DNA from: Tubiluchus corallicola
Taxonomy: Eukaryota; Animalia; Priapulida
DNA: 64,000 bases
Assembly: GCA_030141605.1 (NCBI GenBank)
Contig: JAQGDQ010000270.1
Coordinates: 128,976 to 192,975 of the forward strand
Reading direction: 5' to 3'
The position numbers and the translations under genes were made by a program. Shown here piece by piece: positions 1-11,113 of this stretch (positions are counted from its first letter, which is position 1; every line of letters starts with the position of its first letter). The notes below the pieces were generated by a model. It did no database searches. It had not been told where the DNA came from and was given only the letters and a program-made list of their open reading frames with translations.

Positions 1-1322
1 ACCAGTCTTCTTTTTCTGCAGACAAGTTTTGCTCTATTCAGTTCTAGTCAGTTCAGTTTTATTCACTTTTATTGTGTTAGTCTCTTAGCAGAGTTTTTAC
101 CAGTGTACAAACTGCACAGAGATATTAGATTTTGGGATTATTTTTAATGCTAATGTACAGATTTAACATTAGCTTTGCTCAAAACTTTGCTACTTTTAAT
201 TTTTACTACAGTAATGAATAGTACTTAAGAGTTATTCATTAGGTTTATGAATTAGTTAAAACAGATCATTTTGATTTAAACACGTGACTTACGAAAAGTA
301 ATACAAAAAATTTGTTTATACTATGAGTTTTGTCTTTGTTCAGGAACATTTGTGCACCTTTACCTTTTTAAAACCAATTTTTATTTGATACGCAAAATAA
401 TATTCTGCGTAATTTAGTGTAACAATTGAACTTTTTGTCTACAATTTGATACAGTGTGTCTAGGAAATACCTGTTTCTAATCAGAGCCTTATAACCTGTA
501 TATTTCTTAAGCCTGTTTTCCTACCATAAAAAGATAAACGGATCAATTATGCTTTCTTGCTTTTTATCTCCATACTTTCTGCCTATATTTATTGATTTGC
601 TAACTTGATGAAACACTTGAAAGGCATGTAGTAAACTGGCTAAAACATCAGTTAGTGTATTATGTGTTAAAATCCTTATAGTTTGTAATAGGCCCAGTAA
701 TAAAAGCTATAAAATAATCTTGTATTTTGTCCAGCAAGATATGTAACTGATATTGAAATTTTACTCATTCTGGTAAAGACGGGATATTTACTTTCAGATG
801 GTAAACTGTGGATAAAATGTTCCGGTGGTCGCAGCTTTCGGTCCGCACGGGAACGGTGGTGGTTTATTGCCGTGTCAAATTGCAATTCAACGAAAGTGAG
901 TTTTCTGTATTTGTTTAATTGCTTATCGTAAACTGCTTATGTTAATAATCTTAGTATGTAGAACCAAAAACTGATAAGTGTATAATTTATCTGTAATAGC
1001 TGTTTCAATGATAGCGTATTACACAGATATAAGTGTTTATTTATTCTAGGGTCTATATTTAGACTACAAAATTCTGATGACAAATGGTCACCGATCTAAC
1101 AGGTGGACGTACCATTTCTCAGCCGATGAGTTTAGTAAGTAAAAATTTGTGATAGATGTTCATGAATCCAACCCTGTCTTAGAACTGTTTGCTAGACTTT
1201 ATTACCTTTTTCAATCAAACAATTGTCATGTATATTTTCATGTGTACATGTATTAATATTTTATTTTACCTTAGTAAGATTTTGCTATTTTAGCCTTTTG
1301 CAAAAACAAATATAATGTTTCC

Positions 1323-2684
1323 GTGAGAATACACTTTATTGCTATTGGAGGAGCTGCCATGCACAATCTGGCAATAGCTCTTCATAAAAAGGGCTATGCG
1401 GTAACCGGCTCTGATGATGAGATACAGGAACCGTCAAGGAGTCGACTCAAGAAGTATGGACTTCTTCCCGAAAATAACGGCTGGGATCCGGATAGGATAG
1501 ATGGCGGTCTTGATGCGGTGATACTTGGGATGCATGCCAGAGAGGATAATCCCGAATTGCAAAAGGCGCAAAGCGTAGGTGTAAAAATATATTCATATCC
1601 CGAGTTTCTTTACCACAAAACTAAGGACAAAGCCCGTATTGTTATAGGTGGAAGTCATGGAAAAACAACGATCACATCGATGGTTATGCATGTGCTGGCC
1701 CATCTTGAGCTTGAGTTTGATTATATGGTTGGAGCCCGGATAGAGGGGTTTGATGTGATGGTAAGGTTAAGTGACTCGGCACAGATAGCAATTTTTGAGG
1801 GAGATGAATACCTCTCTTCGCCTATCGACAAGAGGCCTAAGTTTCATTGGTATAAGCCTCAGATTGCTCTGTTAACTGGAATTGCCTGGGATCATGTTAA
1901 TGTTTTCCCCACATTTGAAAACTATATTTCTCAGTTCCGGCAATTTGTGGGTATGATGCCGGACAATGCTATTTTAGTCTATTATGGCGATGATAGCAGA
2001 TTGATTGAGATTGCAGGAGAGAATATGGGCAGGTTAAAAACTGTAAGGTACTTTGAGCATCCTGCCGTTATTAAGGATAATAAGACATATTTAGACAACA
2101 GTGGGGAGTTGGTTGGCATAGAGGTGTTTGGAGGGCATAATCTGCAAAATATTGGAGGAGCAAAGCTTATATGTAATGAACTTGGCATAGGCGATAGCGA
2201 TTTTTATAATGCCATTAAAGATTTTAGAGGTGCCGCTTGCAGGCTTGAGGTATTGTCTAAGACAAAAGATAGTATAGTGTTTCGCGATTTTGCTCACTCC
2301 CCGTCAAAGCTTGAGGCGACTGTTGAGGCTGTAAAAAGCCAGTACCCAGAGCGTAAGCTTGTGGCATGTATGGAGCTACACACTTTTAGTAGTCTTAAAG
2401 TGGAGTTCCTTCCTCAGTATAGCGGTTCTATGCGGCTTGCTGACCGGGCAATTGTGTATTATAATCCGGAAACGATAAGCCACAAGCGTCTTGAGCAGAT
2501 ATCTTCGGAACAGGTTAAAGCTGCATTTGCCAAAAAGAATATTGAAGTATTTACCGATTCAGGATTGCTTTTTGATGTGCTATCTAAGGTGGATTGGAGC
2601 GGGCAAAACCTGCTTTTTATGAGTTCTGGTAGTTTTTCAGGAAAAGATATTGGCAAGTTTGCATGTAAGCTACACGCAGGCTAA
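1323..2684 (+). CDS. mpl: Mur ligase family, murein peptide ligase (UDP-MurNAc:L-Ala-gamma-D-Glu-mDAP ligase)
   Basis: 453 aa, GTG start. N-terminal HFIAIGGAAMHNLA, P-loop GSHGKTT, and the motifs EGDEY and DFAHSP. Confidence 0.85.
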   Translation: MRIHFIAIGGAAMHNLAIALHKKGYAVTGSDDEIQEPSRSRLKKYGLLPENNGWDPDRIDGGLDAVILGMHAREDNPELQKAQSVGVKIYSYPEFLYHKTKDKARIVIGGSHGKTTITSMVMHVLAHLELEFDYMVGARIEGFDVMVRLSDSAQIAIFEGDEYLSSPIDKRPKFHWYKPQIALLTGIAWDHVNVFPTFENYISQFRQFVGMMPDNAILVYYGDDSRLIEIAGENMGRLKTVRYFEHPAVIKDNKTYLDNSGELVGIEVFGGHNLQNIGGAKLICNELGIGDSDFYNAIKDFRGAACRLEVLSKTKDSIVFRDFAHSPSKLEATVEAVKSQYPERKLVACMELHTFSSLKVEFLPQYSGSMRLADRAIVYYNPETISHKRLEQISSEQVKAAFAKKNIEVFTDSGLLFDVLSKVDWSGQNLLFMSSGSFSGKDIGKFACKLHAG

Positions 2685-2790
2685 AATGTCCAGGCTGGTT
2701 AAATACCTTTTTTATAGATATATCTAAGTTATTAAGTTTGATGCTGGAATAGAAAAGTTATTCTCTAAAAGCTGGTTTTTTGAGCAAAGT

Positions 2791-3535
2791 TTGTATGCTG
2801 GAGATTTTTATCACCCATATTGGACTAACATTGACTTCTATAGTGACTGGTATTCACATAACAATAAAACATCACTTTCAGGCATACATCATGACTTAAT
2901 GTCATTAAAGGAGTTACCCATTGATAATAATATTGCGGAGATTATTTATTCATCCCATACAGTTGAGCATATTACGGATGAAGCTGCTCAAAAAATGTTT
3001 GATGAAGCTTATAGAATTTTAAAAAAGGGAGGGATTTTGAGAGCTACTACTCCAAACATTGACTTAGGCTATAACGCATTAAAAAATAATGATAAGGGTT
3101 TATTTCCCCAGGATTGATCACTACAGTAAGAAGAAAGCGATGAAAGAGATTAATATTATCAAGCCAATGAAAGATACTTCTATAGAACAAATTTTTCTAT
3201 ATCATTTTGCAGGGAGTGTATCTGAATTACATGGAGATGGTGCGGAGGTAAGAGTATCTGACGAGGAATTAAAAAAAGTTTTTTCAGAAAAATCATATGA
3301 AGAAGCTCTGAATTACTGCTTATCTAAGTGTGACTTGGAGGTTCAGGCCAGATATGCGGGAAATCATATAAACTGGTGGAATCCAGATAAGATGACAAGG
3401 ATGTTCAAAGAAGCTGTATTTACAAACATATTCCGGTCAGGTTATGGTCAAAGCCTCTCGCCTGTAATGAGAGATGTTACACTCTTTGACAATACACATC
3501 CAAGAATATCCTTATATATGGAGGCAATTAAATAA
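2791..3535 (+). pseudogene. Frameshifted class I SAM-dependent methyltransferase
   Basis: ORF 2791-3117 (AGDFYHPYWTNID...YSSHTVEHI...RILKKGGILRATTPN) continues in the +1 frame as ORF 3089-3535, ending SLYMEAIK. The 5' end is degraded and no good start codon is present. Confidence 0.7.
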
Positions 3536-3915
3536 AACTACCGTAGCCACATTTTGTATGGGTGATGGGGGGTAAAGCACTAGATTTAAATAGGTAAGAC
3601 GCGCTCGGGCTGTATTGTGATTTGATAGGAAGGTACTACGCGATTTGCCACTACTCATACAAACTTACCGGCATTATCTTTTTTAGTGTGAAGCTTTGCC
3701 ACTCTCTGGTTTCATGTTTTTGGCAGCCTTGTATTTTCAAAGTGTAGCTTACAGCCAGGCGTGTCATTTTATACGATATACGTTGTGTGTGCTCTCTTTT
3801 TGAGTAGTCTGCATGGTAGTACATTTTGATGTTTTTACAGTGCTCGTTCAGTTTTCTTTGATATGAACTGAGGTTTTTCTCCTTACAAAAGGCTTTACTT
3901 TTTCATTTATCAAAG

Positions 3916-3945
3916 TTTGTTTTTTGAGCAGGATTTGTATATTTG
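3916..3945 (+). promoter_or_regulatory. Bacteroidota primary-sigma promoter of ferredoxin copy 1
   Basis: TTTG (3916-3919) followed by TATATTTG (3938-3945), matching the -33/-7 consensus TTTG/TAnnTTTG. Confidence 0.55.
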
Positions 3946-3989
3946 TTTTATAACTGTTATTAAGATCTGAGAAACAAAAAACTAACTTT

Positions 3990-4157
3990 ATGGCTTACAA
4001 GATTATAGAAGATTGCACTGCTTGTGGAACATGTATTGATGAGTGCCCCGTAGAAGCGATAAGCGAGGGTGATGTATATGTGATTGATCCTGAGGTGTGT
4101 GTTGATTCTGCTTCCTGTGTTGATGTCTGCCCTGTAGAGGCAATTGTGTCTGCGTAG
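3990..4157 (+). CDS. Small bacterial-type ferredoxin, variant with CxxSxxCxxxCP second motif
   Basis: Hand translation (below the ORF-track cutoff): MAYKIIEDCTACGTCIDECPVEAISEGDVYVIDPEVCVDSASCVDVCPVEAIVSA*, 55 aa. Confidence 0.9.
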   Translation: MAYKIIEDCTACGTCIDECPVEAISEGDVYVIDPEVCVDSASCVDVCPVEAIVSA

Positions 4158-4178
4158 CTCATGGTAATATAACACACT

Positions 4179-4272
4179 GAAGCTGGATTTATAAGTGTAT
4201 TCTGGTCAAAGTTTCTCGCCTGTAATGGGAGATGTTATACTCTTTGACAACACATATCCAAGAGTATCCTTC
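4179..4272 (+). repeat. Degenerate duplicate of the 3' end of the methyltransferase pseudogene
   Basis: gaagctggattt...tggtcaaagtttctcgcctgtaatgggagatgttatactctttgacaacacatatccaagagtatcctt matches 3411-3513, with one ~11-bp deletion. Confidence 0.85.
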
Positions 4273-4273
4273 T

Positions 4274-4569
4274 GGGTGTGTATCACAAGCATGCGAAATA
4301 ATGGGTTATTCCAGCGGTAGTTTCTATCGCTTTAAGGAACTTTATGGACGAGGTGGTGAAAGCTACACTTCGATACAGTCGAGATTGCTAAGGGTAAGCT
4401 AATCGAATACAGAGGAGATTTTTTTCTTTGAGACCACATCCCAAAATCATGAAGGTGGGTTTAGGTGAAAAATTGCGTGAAGGCAATATTGTAGAGAAAT
4501 TTAGTAATCCGGAAAATGGAGTGCTCTAACTAACAGTTCAATTTGTCAGGTCAGGTCCTGTCTAGCACA
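4274..4569 (+). mobile_element. IS481-family insertion sequence remnant (internally deleted)
   Basis: 4274-4360 translates GCVSQACEIMGYSSGSFYRFKELYGRGGE, matching the IS481 transposase N-terminal HTH (LGNVSQACKxMGYSRDSFYRFKELY). 4544-4569 tgtcaggtcaggtcctgtctagcaca resembles an IS481 right end finishing in ACA. Confidence 0.7.
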
Positions 4570-4571
4570 CA

Positions 4572-6241
4572 CTACTCCCTCCAAAAATCTGCCAGAGCTT
4601 CTGCCTGACTTAATACTGTTTCTGTTGCCAGTTTTTGTAAATCCGGGGGATAACCATAACGACGAAGTGTTCTTTTAACGATTACTCTCAGCTTCTTTTT
4701 TACTGACTCTTTAACTGTCCAATCTATTGTAGCATTGGCTTTCACTTGCTCAACAAGTACCCTTGCAAGCTTTAATAATACTTCATCCCCAAGCATATTT
4801 TTAGCACTTTTATTGGATGATACAGCATCATAGAAAGCAAGCTCATCTTTCGATAAGCCCATTTTTTCGCCACGCCTGTCCGCTTCTTTTATCTCCTTGG
4901 CCAGTTCAATCACTTCCTGAATAATTTCAGCAGTGGTGATTAAGTTGTTTTGGTAGCGTTTAATGGATGATTCCAACATCTCCTTTAGAGTGCGGCTCTG
5001 AACAATGTTGTACTTCGCTCTAGTCTTAATTTCATCGCGGAGTAGTTTTTTGAGGACTTCCAGGGCAAGGTTCTTATGCTTCATCTCTTTCATCTCCTCA
5101 AGGAAGTCGTCATCCAATACAGACAGTTCCGGCTTTTTAATTCCTGCTGCATCGAAAATATCAACCACCTGTTCAGAAACTATGGCTTTATCAACCACTT
5201 GTTTTATAGCTGTTTCAACCTCATAGTCGGTTTTTCCTCCGGAAGCTTCGCCCATATCTATCTTTTGGATTCGGGCTTTCACAGCCTGAAAGAATGCAAT
5301 CTTATCTTTGGCATCCATTGCTTTATCATGGGGTAGGGCAATTGAGAGCGCTTTTGATAGTGCTGTTACTTCTTTTACATATCTGTTTTTACCATCATCC
5401 AAGCTAAGAATATGCTCAACCGCAGAGATTATTACTTCCAGTTTCTCCTTAATGGGAGCATTGAAATAGCTCTTATAAGCGAATCCATCACCGCCGACCC
5501 TGGAGGCAGGTAGGTATGGAACTTCAGGATCGGCTGCCATAGCGTAGTCAACATGTTGAGTTACAGCACTTTATGAAAGCATTTGAGAAACCACTTCAAG
5601 CTTTTCCAACATAAGCTGAACAGCTTTCTCTTGTGCTTCTGCCGGGTTGCCTTTTCCACCACTATCGGAATAGAAGGACAATGCCTTTTTTAAATCGGAT
5701 GCGATACCAAAATAGTCTACTACCAAGCCTCCCGGTTTATCTTTATACACTCGGTTAACCCTTGCTATGGTTTGCATCAGGTTGTGCCCTTTCATCGGTT
5801 TGTCGATATATATGGTGTGCATATTCGGTACATCAAACCCGGTCAGCCACATATCCCGAACAATCACCAGTTTCATTGGGTCTGAGGTGTCTTTTATTCG
5901 GTCGGCTAATGCCCTGCGTTCATCTTTTGAGGTGTGGTGTTTCATCATGCCAGGGCCATCGGATGATGATGCGGTCATTACCACTTTTAAGACATCTTTA
6001 TCCAAATCATCATAGTGCCAATGAGGGCATATTTTTATTATTTCATTGTATAGGTCAACAGCGATTTGACGGCTCATGGTAACAATCATTGCCTTCCCCT
6101 CAATACCGCTATGTTGTAGGTAAACAGGCTTGGTATGGCTTCCTTATAGGTTTGTATCTGTTTGAATGCCGAGTGTAGGGTGGCATTTTCGTCAACAGCA
6201 TTTTTTAGTTCAAAAATGACCAGGGGCAGACCATTCACAAA
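4572..6241 (-). pseudogene. hsdR: Type I restriction enzyme R subunit remnant
   Basis: 6241-6113 reads [33 protein letters not shown] (nuclease region). It is joined out of frame to [15 protein letters not shown]...[12 protein letters not shown]...QTIARVNR (helicase 2). An in-frame TAA lies at 5571-5573, followed by the C-terminal region 4572-5540. No hsdM or hsdS nearby. Confidence 0.9.
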
Positions 6242-6446
6242 TTTCGTGTTTTTGGCAGCCTTGTATTTTCAAAGTGTAGCTTACAGCCAGGTGTGTCATT
6301 TTATACGATATATGTTGTGCGTACTATCTTTTTGAGTAGTCTGCATGGTAGTACATTTTGATGTTTTTACAGTGTTCGTTCAGTTTTCTTTGATATGAAC
6401 TGAGATTTTTCTCCTTACAAAGGCATTAACTTTTCATTTATCAAAA

Positions 6447-6476
6447 TTTGTTTTTTGAGCAAACTTTGTACATTTG
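6447..6476 (+). promoter_or_regulatory. Primary-sigma promoter of ferredoxin copy 2
   Basis: TTTG (6447-6450) followed by TACATTTG (6469-6476). Confidence 0.55.
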
Positions 6477-6514
6477 TCTTCTGAATATTTTTAGAATTTT
6501 TAAAAAACGAACTT

Positions 6515-6682
6515 ATGGCTTACAAGATTACAGAAGAGTGCATTGCCTGCGGGACATGTGTTGATGAGTGCCCTGTAGAGGCAATAACTGAAGGTGATAT
6601 TTATATAATTGATCCTGAATTGTGTACCGATTGTGCCTCTTGTGTTGATGTATGTCCTGTGGAGGCAATTGTGCCTGCATAG
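6515..6682 (+). CDS. 2[4Fe-4S] ferredoxin
   Basis: Hand translation: MAYKITEECIACGTCVDECPVEAITEGDIYIIDPELCTDCASCVDVCPVEAIVPA*, with two intact CxxCxxCxxxCP motifs. Confidence 0.95.
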   Translation: MAYKITEECIACGTCVDECPVEAITEGDIYIIDPELCTDCASCVDVCPVEAIVPA

Positions 6683-7269
6683 CGAAAGACAGCGTGTTGC
6701 CCTACCATACTGGTTGATTGTGGGCTGGTTTAAACAGAGAGTGTGAAACGGCCCCACCTGGCCTTCCTTGGCTAAAGAGGGTGATCAGGTAGTATAATTC
6801 GATTATCCCGGACACTGTTCTGATGATATTTTATTTTTTGGAGCGAAGGCTTATTATGGGCTTTTGAAGAGTTCCTCTACCTATCTATTTCGTTTTTTAA
6901 TAATAAAAATAAGAAGAGCCTTAGTAAAAGCAACCCCATTATCACAAGAATTTTTGCAGCTTATAGAACAACATGAGCAAGCACCTGCAAATTAGTAATA
7001 ACCTACCTTGCAGCTGCATACCTATTGAGTATTACCAGTAAGCCCCCCTTTTTTATAAAAACGACAACAAAAGCGATAATATCAAACTAAACCAATTTAT
7101 TTTTACAGCATTAAGCATAGGGTAGCAGTTCCCTTGAGATTCCTGTATAGAGCGGGTGTGGTATATTGTCACCAAATTTTCTTCAATCAGAGCCTCTAAG
7201 ATGCCTTTTGCCTTACAAAGGCTTTGTCGGACCTATCTTACTTTAGCACCTAAAGCAAAATCTTATTAT

Positions 7270-7277
7270 TAACTTTG
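7270..7277 (+). promoter_or_regulatory. -7 promoter element upstream of metH
   Basis: TAACTTTG ending 80 bp before the metH ATG. Confidence 0.5.
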
Positions 7278-7357
7278 TGCGAAGGGCGGTTGTGTGTTCT
7301 GTCCGGGTATTCCTGTAAAAGGGAGCTGAGTTAAGTAGTAAGAGTAATTAGATATAG

Positions 7358-10300
7358 ATGAAGTGTAAGCCTGATATATATGAGATACTGAAGAGCCGCA
7401 TTCTGATTTTAGATGGGGCGATGGGGACTATGATACAGAGGTGTAATCTTTCTGAGGAGGATTATCGCGGAAGCATAGGTGTATCCAATAAACCTATGAA
7501 GGGGAATAACGATATTTTAACGCTTACCAGGCCGGAAATTATCGAGAGTATTCATGAGTCTTTTCTGAAGGCTGGAGCGGATATAATAGAGACCAATACA
7601 TTCAATGCGACGAGCATATCACAAGCCGATTATGGAACAGAAGGTCTTGTTTATGAGATAAACAGGAGTGCGGCAAAGCTGGCGCGCAGAGTGGCGGACA
7701 GCTATACTACTCCGGGGAGGCCGCGATTTGTGGCGGGCTCAATAGGACCTACTAATAAAGCGACTTCTATCTCTCCTGATGTTAATGATCCCGGTTACAG
7801 GGCGATTACTTTTAATGAGATAAAGGAGTCTTACCGTGAGGGGATAGATGGGCTTTTTGAAGGAGGGGTGGATATATTGCTGATAGAGACTGTCTTTGAC
7901 ACCCTCAATGCGAAAGCGGCAATGGTAGCAGCGGAAGAGGTGTTTGCAGACAGGGGTAGGTGCTTGCCTGTGATGGTTTCGGGGACAATTGCCGATGGGA
8001 GTGGGCGCACTCTCTCCGGTCAGACAGTCGGAGCATTTCTCAACTCTGTGTCACATTTTAACCTGTTATCTGTGGGCTTCAATTGCTCGTTAGGTGCAAA
8101 AGAGATGTTGCCATTTCTCAAGGAGTTATCCGATATATCTCCTTTTTATGTAAGCACACACCCCAATGCGGGTCTTCCAAATCAGTTCGGAGAGTATGAC
8201 GATACACCCGAGATGATGGGGCATCAGGTGGGTGAGTTTATAGGGAGAGGTCTGGTAAATATTGTTGGGGGGTGTTGTGGTACTACCCCCTCTCATATTG
8301 AGGTGCTGGCAGGGATAGCAGGGGAGGCTGTTCCTCGTGCAAGAAAAGAGATAGGGAGGGTGACATGCCTGAGTGGGCTTGAATCGCTAACTATCTCGCC
8401 AGCTACAAATTTTGTAAGCATAGGTGAGCGGTGCAACGTATCTGGCTCCAGGAAGTTTGCGCGGTTAATAAAGGAGGGGAAGTATGAAGAGGCTCTTTCT
8501 ATAGCGAGGAGTATGGTTGAAGGTGGTATGCAGGTCGTAGATGTAAATATGGACGATGCTATGCTTAATGCAGAGGGGGAGATGGTGAGGTTTCTGAACC
8601 TGATGATGTCGGAGCCGGATATTGCGAGGCTGCCTGTAATGGTTGATTCTTCAAGATGGGAGGTGATTGAAGCGGGGTTACAGTGTTTGCAGGGCAGGTC
8701 TGTTGTAAATTCAATAAGCCTTAAAGAGGGGGAGGAGAAGTTTAAAGGGAGGGCTCTTGCCATTAAAAAGTATGGGGCTGCTGTTGTTGTTATGGCTTTT
8801 GATGAGCAGGGGCAGGCTACAAGTTACAAACGCCGGATGGAGATATGCACCAGAGCTTACAGGATACTTACAAATGAGGTTAAGTATGCTCCGGAGAATA
8901 TCATATTTGATCCAAATGTTTTGTCAATAGGTACAGGCATGGAGGAGCACAACAACTATGCGGTGGATTTTATAGAAGCAGTAAGGGGTATAAAGAGAGA
9001 GCTGCCGTATGTGAAAGTGTGTGGAGGTATTTCTAATATATCGTTTTCATTTCGGGGGAATAACACTGTGCGCAAGGCTATGCACTCAATATTTTTATAT
9101 CATGCGATAGAGGCGGGTCTGGATATGGGGATTGTGAATCCCGGCACGCTGCACTCTTATGAAGAGATACCCATGGATTTGCTGGAGCTTGTGGAGGATG
9201 TTGTTTTGAACAGAAGAGATGATGCTACCGGTAGGCTTATTGAGTTTGCAGAGGGTATAGATACAAAAGGGAAAGAGGCGAAACATGAAGCTAAGGAAGG
9301 GTGGCGGTCTTTACCGGTGGAGAAACGATTAGAGCATAGCATAGTAAAAGGTTTGACGGAGTATATCGAAGAGGATATTGAGGATGTATTGTCAAATTAT
9401 GACACTGCTGTCCAGGTTATTGAGGGTCCGCTGATGAGTGGTATGGGTGTTGTGGGTAAGCTATTTGGGGATGGTAAGATGTTTTTGCCACAGGTGATAA
9501 AGTCGGCACGGGTTATGAAAAGGGCGGTGTCTATGCTACAGCCTGCCATTGAAAAGGGGGAGAGCCACAAGGGGCAATTGCGGAACAGGGAAAAGGTGGT
9601 TTTAGCTACAGTGAAAGGTGATGTCCATGATATAGGTAAAAACATTGTGTCCCTCGTTTTGGCATGTAACAATTTTGAGGTTATAGATCTAGGGGTGATG
9701 GTTCCTGCCGATACTATACTTGAGCGGGCAGTTGAGGAGAAGGCTGATATAATAGGTTTGAGTGGGCTTATAACTCCTTCACTGGAAGAGATGGTTAATG
9801 TTGCTAATGAGATGGAGCGCCGCAACATGAGCACACCTTTGATTTTGGGAGGAGCAACGACCTCAAAGGTGCACACTGCGGTAAAAATTGCTCCGGTTTA
9901 TAAGCATCCTGTGGTACATGTAAAAGATGCTTCACAAGCCAGCCAGGCTGTTCAAAGCCTGACATCAGGTGATAGCTCTTTCCTGGAGGGTGTAAACAGG
10001 CGGTATGATGAGCTTAGGACATTACAGGAAGGTAAAGGGCAAAGGAGATACTTGTCGCTTGCGGATGCGCGAGCAAACGCATTTGTTCCTGACAGGGAGG
10101 GAGATAGTGTCTGTGAGCCTAATTTTAAGGGGGTTAAGGTTTTAAGCAATTACCCTTTGGATGAATTGAGGAGCTATATCGACTGGACCCCGTTTTTTTT
10201 GGCACTTGGGTTTAAGGGAAAATATCCTGCTATTCTCAGTGATCCTAAGCAGGGTAAGGAGGTTTGTAAGCTTTATGATGAAGCAAACAGATTGCTCGAT

Positions 10301-11029
10301 GAGGTGGTAGGAGGTGGGATGCTTGTGGCAAATGGAGTTTTTGGTATTTGGCCAGCAAACTCTGTGGGAGATGATATTGAGCTGTATGCCGATAAGAGTA
10401 GGAACAATATATTGGGCAGGTTTTACCATCTCAGGCAACAGAGGGAGGGCCGCAATGGTTCGCCCAATTACTGCCTTAGTGATTTTGTGTCTCCAAAGTC
10501 ACTAGGGATAACTGATTATTGCGGTGCTTTTGCTGTTACTGCGGGTTTGGGCCTTGACAAGCATGTGAGGCGGTATAAAAGTGGGAAAGATGATTTTAAG
10601 GCTGTTATGCTTACTGTCCTTGCTGACCGTCTTACTGAAGCATTTGCAGAGAGGTTGCATGAGCTTGTGCGCAAGGAGTATTGGGGATATGCACCGAAAG
10701 AAAAATTGTCGTTAGAAGATATGATAAATCTTAAGTATAAAGGGATACGTCCGGCTTCGGGATATCCTGCGTGTCCTGAGCACTCAGAGAAGGGGTTTCT
10801 TTTCAACTTACTGGAGGTAGAAAAGAGCACAGGGATATCGTTGACCGAGCATTTTGCTATGTCTCCCTCTGCTTCTATTTGTGGGCAATATTTTGGTCAC
10901 TCTGCCGCTTTCTATTTTGGAGTTGGTAAGGTGTCCAGAGAACAGGTCGAGGATTATGCGCAACGGCGGGGAGTGGATGTGGAGTATGTAGAGAAGTTTC
11001 TGTCCTCTAACCTGAGCTATAAAATGTGA
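7358..11029 (+). CDS. metH: Cobalamin-dependent methionine synthase
   Basis: 1223 aa. [19 protein letters not shown] (Zn site), [10 protein letters not shown] pterin domain, B12 motif [11 protein letters not shown]...SGLITPS, and GYPACPEH activation domain. Confidence 0.97.
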   Translation: MKCKPDIYEILKSRILILDGAMGTMIQRCNLSEEDYRGSIGVSNKPMKGNNDILTLTRPEIIESIHESFLKAGADIIETNTFNATSISQADYGTEGLVYEINRSAAKLARRVADSYTTPGRPRFVAGSIGPTNKATSISPDVNDPGYRAITFNEIKESYREGIDGLFEGGVDILLIETVFDTLNAKAAMVAAEEVFADRGRCLPVMVSGTIADGSGRTLSGQTVGAFLNSVSHFNLLSVGFNCSLGAKEMLPFLKELSDISPFYVSTHPNAGLPNQFGEYDDTPEMMGHQVGEFIGRGLVNIVGGCCGTTPSHIEVLAGIAGEAVPRARKEIGRVTCLSGLESLTISPATNFVSIGERCNVSGSRKFARLIKEGKYEEALSIARSMVEGGMQVVDVNMDDAMLNAEGEMVRFLNLMMSEPDIARLPVMVDSSRWEVIEAGLQCLQGRSVVNSISLKEGEEKFKGRALAIKKYGAAVVVMAFDEQGQATSYKRRMEICTRAYRILTNEVKYAPENIIFDPNVLSIGTGMEEHNNYAVDFIEAVRGIKRELPYVKVCGGISNISFSFRGNNTVRKAMHSIFLYHAIEAGLDMGIVNPGTLHSYEEIPMDLLELVEDVVLNRRDDATGRLIEFAEGIDTKGKEAKHEAKEGWRSLPVEKRLEHSIVKGLTEYIEEDIEDVLSNYDTAVQVIEGPLMSGMGVVGKLFGDGKMFLPQVIKSARVMKRAVSMLQPAIEKGESHKGQLRNREKVVLATVKGDVHDIGKNIVSLVLACNNFEVIDLGVMVPADTILERAVEEKADIIGLSGLITPSLEEMVNVANEMERRNMSTPLILGGATTSKVHTAVKIAPVYKHPVVHVKDASQASQAVQSLTSGDSSFLEGVNRRYDELRTLQEGKGQRRYLSLADARANAFVPDREGDSVCEPNFKGVKVLSNYPLDELRSYIDWTPFFLALGFKGKYPAILSDPKQGKEVCKLYDEANRLLDEVVGGGMLVANGVFGIWPANSVGDDIELYADKSRNNILGRFYHLRQQREGRNGSPNYCLSDFVSPKSLGITDYCGAFAVTAGLGLDKHVRRYKSGKDDFKAVMLTVLADRLTEAFAERLHELVRKEYWGYAPKEKLSLEDMINLKYKGIRPASGYPACPEHSEKGFLFNLLEVEKSTGISLTEHFAMSPSASICGQYFGHSAAFYFGVGKVSREQVEDYAQRRGVDVEYVEKFLSSNLSYKM

Positions 11030-11113
11030 TTATTTTCCTAAAGGCTGGCGTCTCAGGATAAATACCTATTGAGCTTTTTTATACTTTGGTTGCAGGTTAA
11101 ATTTTTATATAGA

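Larger units (their letters stand above)
3710..4157 (+). repeat. Direct repeat copy 1 (upstream region plus ferredoxin gene)
   Basis: Aligns by eye with 6242-6682. About 17 differences over the first ~237 non-coding bp and 30 differences over the 168-bp CDS. Confidence 0.95.
6242..6682 (+). repeat. Direct repeat copy 2 (upstream region plus ferredoxin gene)
   Basis: Aligns with 3710-4157 and starts exactly where the hsdR remnant is cut off (6241/6242). Confidence 0.95.

Noticed and set aside
676-900. 69-aa minus-strand ORF, and a plus-strand fragment YVTDIE...DGKLWIKCSGG resembling a beta-propeller repeat
   Set aside because: No start context, too short and too broken to assign. At most an unidentifiable remnant.
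3089-3117. Programmed frameshift or selenocysteine readthrough in the methyltransferase
   Set aside because: The downstream ORF needs a +1 shift, whereas the G GGT TTA site would be a -1 slippery sequence. The TGA is not in frame with the second ORF and the 5' end is also decayed, so a pseudogene is the simpler explanation.
3960-4177. Minus-strand ORFs 3960-4175 and 3995-4177 (and 6500-6757)
   Set aside because: Antisense shadows of the real + strand ferredoxin genes.
6700-6790. GCTAAAGAGGG resembling the 3' end of a SAM-II riboswitch
   Set aside because: The upstream SAM-II core and pseudoknot pairing were not found, and the site lies about 570 bp before metH, upstream of its likely promoter.
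8293-10830. Many antisense ORFs inside metH (similarly inside mutAB, susC, dnaB and the RND permease)
   Set aside because: Shadow ORFs of long coding genes, with no independent motifs.
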